Assembly (NCBI RefSeq): GCF_017853185.1 | Contig: NZ_JAFMJZ010000001.1 | Coordinates: 7,868-71,867 of the forward strand | Direction of reading: 5' to 3' | Length of the DNA: 64,000 bases | DNA from: Mycolicibacterium sp. | Lineage (GTDB): Bacteria > Actinomycetota > Actinomycetes > Mycobacteriales > Mycobacteriaceae | Part shown: in pieces, positions 7,976 through 15,004 of the stretch | How the letters are laid out: the number at the start of each line of letters is the position of its first letter | How positions within the stretch are numbered: position 1 is the first letter of the stretch | Translations under genes and position numbers: made by a program | The notes under the pieces: generated by a model | What the model was told of the DNA's origin: nothing | Seen by the model: only the letters and a program-made list of their open reading frames with translations | Databases searched by the model: none

Positions 7976-10903
7976 ATGAAGAAGTTCGCCGTTCCCGATC
8001 CGTCCGCCATCGGACGGCCCGTGGGGCCGGGTGCCTCCGACGCCGTGGACATCTCGAGGATGACGGGAACACCCCTGGACCTCGCCGAGGACCTGGCCGC
8101 ACTGGTCGGCCGGGACCAGGTGCTGACCCGGATCAGCGACCTGATCCGCTACGCCTCCGATGCCAGCCCGTACCGGTACCTGCCGCAGGTGGTCGTGCTG
8201 CCGCGCACCATCGAGGACGTCGCGGCACTGCTGACGTACTGCGCGGGCACCGGGCGCAACGCCACCTTCCGGGCCGGCGGCACCAGTCTCAACGGCCAGT
8301 CCCAATCCGACGACGTCCTCATCGACGTGCGCCGGCACTGGGGTGGTCTGGTCGTCGAGGACGGCGGGGAAAGCCTGCGCGCGCGGTGCGGCGTCATCCT
8401 CGGCCACGCCCAGACGGTGTTGCGCCGGCAGGGCCGCCGGCTCGGCCCCGACCCGGCGTCATCGGACGTCGCGACCATCGGCGGGGTGATCGCCAACAAC
8501 GCCGCGGGTATGCGGTGCACGATCGAACGCAACTCGTACCACACGGTGTCGGCGATGACGTTCGTGTTGCCCTCCGGCACCGTGATCGACACCGCCGCCC
8601 CGGATGCCGAGGCGGCCTTCGCCGCCGCCGAACCGGACCTGGCCGCCGGACTGCTGGCGCTGCGCGCGGAACTGCTGGCCGACGAACCGCTCGCCGCCCG
8701 GGTACGGCGCAAGTTCAGCATCCGCAACACCACGGGCTATTCGCTCTCGGCGCTGCTCGACGCGGACACCCCGCTGGAGATCTTCCGGCGGTTGATCGTC
8801 GGGTCCGAAGGCACCCTCGCATTCCTCGCGGAAGCGGTATTCGACACCCTGCCGGCGCCGGCCACCACCACCATCACCTGGCTGGTGCTGCCGTCGATCA
8901 CCGAAGCCACCGCGCTGGTCCCGGATCTGGTGGCGCTGGGCGCCGAAGCCGTCGAATTGATGGTCGCCCCGGCACTGATCGCCGCGGGCTACTCGGTAGC
9001 CGGCACCCCGGAGTATTGGAAGACACTCGAGCCCACCTCGGCGGCGCTGCTGGTCGAATTCGGCGCTGCCACAACCGAAGAACTCGGCAAGGCCGAGGAG
9101 CAGGTCGCCGCGGCGGTAGCGGGAGCGAACCTGTTGCGTCCGATCGAGTTCGCCCGCGACGAGGAGTTCATCGAACTCAGCTGGCGGGTCCGGGAAGGCC
9201 TGCTGGGCATCGTCGGTCTGCTGCGCCCCGAGGGCGCCGCGGTGGTCAACGAGGACGTCTGCTTCCCGCCGGACCGGATCGCCGAGGGCGCCACCGATCT
9301 GATGGCGCTGCTGGCCGAACACGGCTTCCTGCCCGGCGTCGCCGGTCACGCCGCGTACGGCAACCTGCACTTCAGCCTCACGCCGAAGCTGTCCGACCCG
9401 GCAGACCGGGATCGCTACGGCGCCTTCATGTCCGACCTCGTCGAGCTGGTGATCGACAAGTACGACGGCTCACTGAAAGCCGAGCACGGCACCGGAATCA
9501 ACATGGCGCCGTTCGTCGTCCACGAGTGGGGCGAGAAGGCCACCGCGATGATGTGGCGGATCAAGGAACTGGCCGATCCGCACGGTGTGCTCGGACCCAA
9601 CGTGGTGCTGACCCGTGATGCCGACGTTCATCTGCGCGAGTTCAAATCCATACCGGCCATCGAGGAGGTGGCCACCCGTTGCATCGAGTGCGGATTCTGC
9701 GAAGCCGTCTGCCCGAGCCGCAACATCACCACCACGCCCCGCCAGCGGATCGTGCTGCGCCGGGAGATGGCCCGCCAACCCGAGGGGTCACCGCTGCTGG
9801 CCCGACTGCAGGCCGAGTACGCCTACGACGGTACCGAGACCTGCGCCGTGGACGGCATGTGTGAGATCCCGTGCCCGATGCACATCAACACCGGCGCGCT
9901 GACGAAGGGCTTCCGGCGCGCGGAGTCGACGCCGCGACGGGAGAAGGTCGCCCTGGCGGTCGCGCGGCGGTGGGCGATGGTGGAGAAGGTGGCCCGCGCC
10001 GCGATGGGTGTCGCCGACGCAGTCCAACGCACGCTCGGGGTGAAGGCGCTGACCGGGCTGACCGGTGCGATCCGTTCCGCGGTCAGCACCGATCTCGTTC
10101 CGGCGGTCGCCGGACCGATGCCCCATCCCGCACCGCCGGCGCTCCCGGTCACCAGGCGGGCCGGCGCGGAAGCGGTGTATTTCCCGGCGTGCATCAACCG
10201 CATCTTCGGGCGCGACCCGGACCGGCCGCGCTACCCGTCGCTGCCGCAGGCCCTGGTCGATGTGTCGGCACGGGCCGGACGGCCGCTGTGGATCCCCGGC
10301 GACGTGGCGGGCAAGTGCTGTTCCACTCCGTGGAGCAGCAAGGGGTACACCGAGGGCCACGAGTGGATGGCTGCGGCGATGTGCGATGCGTTGTGGCAGT
10401 GGAGCGGTCACGGCGAAATTCCGGTGGTGATCGACGCGGCCTCGTGCACCAACGGTCTGCTCGACGACGTCAAGAACCATCTCGACGACGAACGCCGCGC
10501 CCGGTTGGAGCAGATCACCCTGCTCGACTCGATCGCCTGGTGCGAGCAGTTGCTGCCGAATCTGACCGTGCGGCAGAAGGTTTCGCGAGTCGCCCTGCAT
10601 CCGACCTGTTCGACGACCCACCTGGGACTGAACCGGGCCTTCCAGCGACTGGCGTCCACGCTCGCCGAGGACGTCCTGATCCCGGTCGGCACGACGTGCT
10701 GCGGCACGGCCGGTGACCGCGGCCTGCTGCACCCGGAACTGGTGGTCTCGGCCACCCGCGAGGAGAAGGCGGCACTCGACCAAATTCCTGCCATCGCCTA
10801 CCTGTCGGCGAACCGCACCTGCGAGATGGGCATGAGGCAGGCCACCGGCCGGCCGTACGAGTCGTTCGTGTTCCTGCTCGAGGAACTGACCCGACTCACG
10901 TGA
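7976..10903 (+). CDS. FAD-linked oxidase fused to Fe-S / Cys-rich domains (YdiJ/D-lactate dehydrogenase-like)
   Basis: 975 aa. N-terminal FAD-binding oxidase region, CIECGFCEAVCPS 4Fe-4S motif, and C-terminal Cys-rich repeats (CCSTPW, CCGTAGDRG). Confidence 0.85.
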   Translation: MKKFAVPDPSAIGRPVGPGASDAVDISRMTGTPLDLAEDLAALVGRDQVLTRISDLIRYASDASPYRYLPQVVVLPRTIEDVAALLTYCAGTGRNATFRAGGTSLNGQSQSDDVLIDVRRHWGGLVVEDGGESLRARCGVILGHAQTVLRRQGRRLGPDPASSDVATIGGVIANNAAGMRCTIERNSYHTVSAMTFVLPSGTVIDTAAPDAEAAFAAAEPDLAAGLLALRAELLADEPLAARVRRKFSIRNTTGYSLSALLDADTPLEIFRRLIVGSEGTLAFLAEAVFDTLPAPATTTITWLVLPSITEATALVPDLVALGAEAVELMVAPALIAAGYSVAGTPEYWKTLEPTSAALLVEFGAATTEELGKAEEQVAAAVAGANLLRPIEFARDEEFIELSWRVREGLLGIVGLLRPEGAAVVNEDVCFPPDRIAEGATDLMALLAEHGFLPGVAGHAAYGNLHFSLTPKLSDPADRDRYGAFMSDLVELVIDKYDGSLKAEHGTGINMAPFVVHEWGEKATAMMWRIKELADPHGVLGPNVVLTRDADVHLREFKSIPAIEEVATRCIECGFCEAVCPSRNITTTPRQRIVLRREMARQPEGSPLLARLQAEYAYDGTETCAVDGMCEIPCPMHINTGALTKGFRRAESTPRREKVALAVARRWAMVEKVARAAMGVADAVQRTLGVKALTGLTGAIRSAVSTDLVPAVAGPMPHPAPPALPVTRRAGAEAVYFPACINRIFGRDPDRPRYPSLPQALVDVSARAGRPLWIPGDVAGKCCSTPWSSKGYTEGHEWMAAAMCDALWQWSGHGEIPVVIDAASCTNGLLDDVKNHLDDERRARLEQITLLDSIAWCEQLLPNLTVRQKVSRVALHPTCSTTHLGLNRAFQRLASTLAEDVLIPVGTTCCGTAGDRGLLHPELVVSATREEKAALDQIPAIAYLSANRTCEMGMRQATGRPYESFVFLLEELTRLT

Positions 10904-10919
10904 TGGGGGCCATCACATG
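10897..10919. terminator. bidirectional stem-loop between convergent genes
   Basis: tgatgg-ggg-ccatca is a 6-bp perfect stem, extendable to 10 bp with one mismatch. It contains the TGA of the + gene and the TGA of the - gene. Confidence 0.35.
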
Positions 10920-12466
10920 ATCGGGGGAATGATCGCCTCGATCAGGTGCGGCCCGGGCTCGGCGTAGGCCTGACGCAGCGCGTCGGCGAGGCCGTCGGCG
11001 GTGCTCACCCGTTGCGCGGGCATCCCCATTCCCTGTGCCAGCGACACGAAATCCATGGTGGGATCCGACAAGTCGAGCATGGCCGCGGACTTCTCCCCCG
11101 CCGCACCTGCACCGGTGCGCATGAGTTCCATCCGCAGGATGGCATAGGCCGCATTGTTGAAGATCACCGTGGTGACGTTGAGGTTCTCGCGCACCTGCGT
11201 CCACAGCGACTGGATGGTGTACATGGCACTGCCATCGGCCTGCAGGGACAGCACCGGACGGTCGGGCGCGGCCAACGCCGCACCCGTCGCCACCGGTAGT
11301 CCCTGACCGATGGCCCCGCCGGTCAGCGTCAGCAGGGTGTGTCGCGGTGCGGTCGCCAGAACGGCGGGCAGTCCGATCCCGGAGGTGTTGGCCTCATCGG
11401 AGATGATCGCGCCTTCCGGCAGGGTGGCCGCGACCGCCATCGCCATGTTGTTGACGTCGAGCGTCGCCGCCGGAACCTCGATATCGGTCCGCGGTGCGGC
11501 CAGGACCGGTTCGACGCCGGGGGCCACCCGCTCGGCCAGCCGCACGAGAGCGTCGGCGACGTCCTGATCCGGATCCGCAAGGCGCGCAACGGCACAACCA
11601 GCCGGGACCAGATCGCTCGCCTTGCCCGGGTAGCCGAAGAACGACACCGGCGCGGCGGCCCCGACGAGCACCAGTGTCTCGACGCTGTTGAGTTGGTGCT
11701 GGGCGGCCTCGGCGATGTATCCGAGACGTTCGATGGCAGGCAGTCCGGCGCCCTCCTCCAACCGGGCCGGGAAGGTTTCGACGAGCAGTCGCGCCCCGGT
11801 GCCCGCCGCGATCCGGCCCGCGGCCCGCAGGCCGGCCTCACTCAGGGCGGTTCCGCCGAGGAGTAGCAGTGTCTTGTCACCGGCGGCGGTCGCTACCGCG
11901 GCCGCCTCGATCGCGGCGTCGGCGACCGGCGGCGCGACGGGGGCCGGCCGCGGGTGTGCGAGCACGCCACCCTCGTCCCACGAAACGTCCGCGGGCAGAA
12001 CCAGAGTCGCCACCTGACCGCGGTTGGCCGCCTCCAAGGCACGCATCGCGTCGTCGGCGACATCGCGTGAGGTTCCGCTGGTGTGCACCCATCCCGACAC
12101 CGTGCGTGCCACCGCTTCGATATCGGACTGCAGAGGGGCGTCGTAGCGGACGTGGCCGGTGGCGTGCGCGCCGACGATGCACACCATCGGGGTGCGGGCG
12201 CGACGCGCGTTGTGCAGATTGGCCAGGCCGTTGCCCAGTCCCGGCCCCAGATGCAACAGCACCGCGGCGGGCTTGCCGGCGATTCGGGCGTACCCGTCGG
12301 CCGCACCGGTGGCCACACCCTCGAACAGGCCCAGCACGCCGCGCATCTGGGGCACGTCATCGAGAGCGTGCACGAAGTGCATCTCCGAGGTGCCCGGGTT
12401 CATGAAGCAGATGTCCACCCCGGCCGAGACCAGGCTGCGGATCAGGGACTGAGAACCGTTCAACAT
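10913..12466 (-). CDS. thiamine-diphosphate-dependent enzyme (acetolactate synthase large-subunit-like)
   Basis: ATG 12466 is preceded by GGAGG. NPGTSEMHF N-terminal motif and ThDP motif ADGSAMYTIQSLWT...IFNNAAY. Confidence 0.8.
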   Translation of the reverse strand: MLNGSQSLIRSLVSAGVDICFMNPGTSEMHFVHALDDVPQMRGVLGLFEGVATGAADGYARIAGKPAAVLLHLGPGLGNGLANLHNARRARTPMVCIVGAHATGHVRYDAPLQSDIEAVARTVSGWVHTSGTSRDVADDAMRALEAANRGQVATLVLPADVSWDEGGVLAHPRPAPVAPPVADAAIEAAAVATAAGDKTLLLLGGTALSEAGLRAAGRIAAGTGARLLVETFPARLEEGAGLPAIERLGYIAEAAQHQLNSVETLVLVGAAAPVSFFGYPGKASDLVPAGCAVARLADPDQDVADALVRLAERVAPGVEPVLAAPRTDIEVPAATLDVNNMAMAVAATLPEGAIISDEANTSGIGLPAVLATAPRHTLLTLTGGAIGQGLPVATGAALAAPDRPVLSLQADGSAMYTIQSLWTQVRENLNVTTVIFNNAAYAILRMELMRTGAGAAGEKSAAMLDLSDPTMDFVSLAQGMGMPAQRVSTADGLADALRQAYAEPGPHLIEAIIPPIM

Positions 12467-12503
12467 TCCTCCGCGGCGGGATCGGACAGGATTAGATGCT
12501 CTG

Positions 12504-13922
12504 ATGGTCAAGAGCGTACGCAGGGCCGCCGCCGGCGCGGTGGCCGTTATGACGGTTTCGGCACTGTTCACCGGGTGCGGATCGAAGAACACCGCCGCGC
12601 AGAACCCGGACAGCCCGTATCCGGACTTCACCGCGACCTTCCTGCAGGGTCCGCCCAACCAGGACTACATGGAGGCCAAGCCGCTGTCCAAGGACGGCCA
12701 CCGGTTCTGGATGCTGCCGGCGACCCCGCAGACCACCCAGTGGGGCGTCTACGACAACAACATCGCACCGGTGCTGCACATCGACTCCGGCGACACCGTC
12801 GCGATCCAGACCGTTCCGGCCGGCGGCGGTCAGGTGGCCCCCGGCATCAACGAGGGTCAGATCGAGAAGATCAACGGCGCCGTCAAGAACCGCGGGCCGC
12901 ACACCATGACCGGACCCATCTACGTCAACGGCGCCGAACCCGGCGACGTCCTGGCGATCCACATCAACAAGATCCAGTTGCCGATGTACGCCACCAACAA
13001 CACCGCCAAGGGCAAGGGCCTGTTTCCCGACGAGTTTCCGGAGCAGGTGACCAGTTACTACCTCGACACCGACACCATGACGATGCGCTTCTCCCCCAAT
13101 GTCCTGGTGCCGCTCGAGCCGTTTCCGGGCGTGCTGGCCGTAGGCCGATCCGACACCACCGGCGCGTGGTGCACCGACGGCAAGTGCAGCACCGAACAGC
13201 CCGGCCCGTGGGGCGGCAACATGGATCTGCCCGAGATGCAGGTGGGGTCGACCACCTACCTACCGGTGCAGGTGAAGGGCGGCCTGATCTGGACCGGCGA
13301 CTCCCACGCCAAGCAGGGCAACGGGGAGATCGACCTCGACGCCCTGGAGACCTGGTTTCCCGAACTCAACATCACCGTCGAGGTCATCAAGAACCAGAAG
13401 CAGGACTGGCCGACCGTCGAGACGGCGACCGGATGGGTCGCGGTCGGTTACGACGAAGACCTCGACAAGGCCCTCGACATCAACACCGCCGAGGCGGTCA
13501 AGCTGATCATGGCCAAGCAGCGACTCTCGGAGGCTGACGCGAAGGCCGTGCTGGACAAGACCTGGGACTGCCGGATCTCGGAGGTGGTCGATCAGGTGCT
13601 CGGCACCTACTGCGTCATCCCGAAGAACCCGGACGCGCCGCGGGCGGCGAACCTGCCGACCGCCGACACCGCCGACGCATGGGTGTCCACCGCCACCGCG
13701 CCAAAAGCGCTGGACGCCATGAAGATCGCGGCCTCCGCGGCACTGGACAAGATGGCCGCCAATCTCGACATCACCCGCAACGACGCCTACCACCTCGCCA
13801 CCATGGTGCTCGACTGCCGGATCGACCGCTGGACCGCCGGGGACAAGACCGCCCAGGACAAGGCTGCCCAGGACAAGACGGTCGCCTGCACTGTTCCCAA
13901 GAGCATCCGGGTGCCCGCGTAG
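12504..13922 (+). CDS. acetamidase/formamidase-family amidase with lipoprotein-type signal
   Basis: GPIYVNGAEPGDVLAIHI is the typical FmdA/AmdA motif. The N-terminus AVAVMTVSALFTGCGS looks like a lipobox. Confidence 0.75.
   Translation: MVKSVRRAAAGAVAVMTVSALFTGCGSKNTAAQNPDSPYPDFTATFLQGPPNQDYMEAKPLSKDGHRFWMLPATPQTTQWGVYDNNIAPVLHIDSGDTVAIQTVPAGGGQVAPGINEGQIEKINGAVKNRGPHTMTGPIYVNGAEPGDVLAIHINKIQLPMYATNNTAKGKGLFPDEFPEQVTSYYLDTDTMTMRFSPNVLVPLEPFPGVLAVGRSDTTGAWCTDGKCSTEQPGPWGGNMDLPEMQVGSTTYLPVQVKGGLIWTGDSHAKQGNGEIDLDALETWFPELNITVEVIKNQKQDWPTVETATGWVAVGYDEDLDKALDINTAEAVKLIMAKQRLSEADAKAVLDKTWDCRISEVVDQVLGTYCVIPKNPDAPRAANLPTADTADAWVSTATAPKALDAMKIAASAALDKMAANLDITRNDAYHLATMVLDCRIDRWTAGDKTAQDKAAQDKTVACTVPKSIRVPA
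13841..13885 (+). repeat. 15-bp x3 in-frame tandem repeat
   Basis: ggacaagaccgccca / ggacaaggctgccca / ggacaagacggtcgc, encoding DKTAQ DKAAQ DKTVA. Confidence 0.9.
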
Positions 13923-13983
13923 CGCGCGAAACAGGCTGCGGATGTTAGGTTCATCCCGAGTTTCAATTCAGGAGAGGACCGGG

Positions 13984-14409
13984 ATGGCCAACAAACGTTT
14001 GGTATCGGCGATCGTGGCTGCGGGAGTTGTCGCCGCGGGCGTTTCGATCGGTACAGCATGGGCGGGCGGCCCGGGCGGCACCGTCCAGGAAGACATCGCC
14101 GAGGCGGTCGGCACCGGCGTGTTCGACGGTGAACTGGTCGGCTTCCTGGCCACCGGCGCCACCGTTGAGCAGGCGTCGGCGAACGTCATCGCGGCCTGCC
14201 AGGCCGCCGGTGGTTCGGAGTGCACCGCCGACGAGGCGACCAATGACAATCTGTGCATCGTGTCGGTCGCCGATGACGACTCCGACGTGGTGGCCGGCGG
14301 CGCCGGCGTGAATGTCGAGGCGGCCCGCATCGACGCACTCGCCAGGGCAGCCGGCAACAACACGCCGATCGCCGCGGACGCCCCCGTCGTGATTTCGGAC
14401 TGCCCGTGA
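13984..14409 (+). CDS. small secreted Cys-containing protein (possibly DUF4189-like)
   Basis: ATG 13984 is preceded by GGAGAGGA. Signal-like MANKRLVSAIVAAGVVAAGVSIGTAWA. Four Cys residues. The family call is tentative. Confidence 0.5.
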   Translation: MANKRLVSAIVAAGVVAAGVSIGTAWAGGPGGTVQEDIAEAVGTGVFDGELVGFLATGATVEQASANVIAACQAAGGSECTADEATNDNLCIVSVADDDSDVVAGGAGVNVEAARIDALARAAGNNTPIAADAPVVISDCP

Positions 14410-14447
14410 TGAGCGCTCGGAGTTACACCGGAAAGGTGAAGCAGCAC

Positions 14448-14690
14448 ATGCTCTTGAAGAAGTCTTGGGCAGATCGCAGAATGTCCGCTCTCGTGATTGC
14501 CGGTCTGGCCGTGGCCGCCGGCGTCGCGGTTCCCGCCGCCGACGCCCGCCCGAGCTGCCAGAGTTCGGACTTCCAGACCGTCTGCCAGACCAATGGCAGC
14601 GTGTCGATCAAGGCGCGGCCCGGAACGGTGGCGCCGCCGGCCAACCAGCCGCACATCCCGTGGCTCGGGCAGCCGGGCCGTCGTCGCTGA
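14448..14690 (+). CDS. small secreted peptide with one Cys pair
   Basis: ATG 14448 with GAAAGG about 12 nt upstream. Signal-like MSALVIAGLAVAAGVAVPAADA. The mature part is about 47 aa (CQSSDFQTVC). Start uncertain (GTG 14406 also possible). Confidence 0.4.
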   Translation: MLLKKSWADRRMSALVIAGLAVAAGVAVPAADARPSCQSSDFQTVCQTNGSVSIKARPGTVAPPANQPHIPWLGQPGRRR

Positions 14691-14712
14691 CGCAGACCTG
14701 CTGACCTCAGCC

Positions 14713-15003
14713 ATGGCGTTCACCCACGTCGTGACGTTCAAGTGGAACGACGGCGGCTTCGACTCGAGCGAGATCGCCACCTCGCTGCGCGAACTGGTGT
14801 CAGGGTTCGACGGCCTGATCGGTTACCGGTGCGGCGCCGACGCCGGCGTCACCCCGGGCGCCTATGACTTCGCAGTCGTGGCCACCTTCGAGGATCAGCA
14901 GAGCTTCGTCGCGTACCGCGACCATCCGGAGCATCAGCGGATCCTCAGCGAGATGATCCTGCCGAACCTGCAGGTGCGCACCGTCGTTCAGTTGCAGGAC
15001 TGA
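14713..15003 (+). CDS. Dabb-family stress-responsive alpha/beta-barrel protein
   Basis: MAFTHVVTFKW...FVAYRDHPEHQ is typical of the Dabb domain. Internal ATG of ORF 14497..15003. Confidence 0.8.
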   Translation: MAFTHVVTFKWNDGGFDSSEIATSLRELVSGFDGLIGYRCGADAGVTPGAYDFAVVATFEDQQSFVAYRDHPEHQRILSEMILPNLQVRTVVQLQD

Positions 15004-15004
15004 A

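Noticed and set aside
6854-8407. The upstream 518 codons of the 726-aa ORF 6227..8407 (minus strand), and similar very long ORFs such as 7927..9618(+), 12083..13537(+), 29230..30963(+), 31646..33064(-), 54222..55802(+), 61301..62560(-), 62079..63335(-) and the first 573 codons of 56320..59313(+).
   Set aside because: Their translations are dominated by Arg/Pro/Gly/Ala runs, typical of off-frame or antisense reading of GC-rich DNA. Each overlaps an ORF in another frame or strand with clear family motifs, so I only kept the segments with recognisable sequence.
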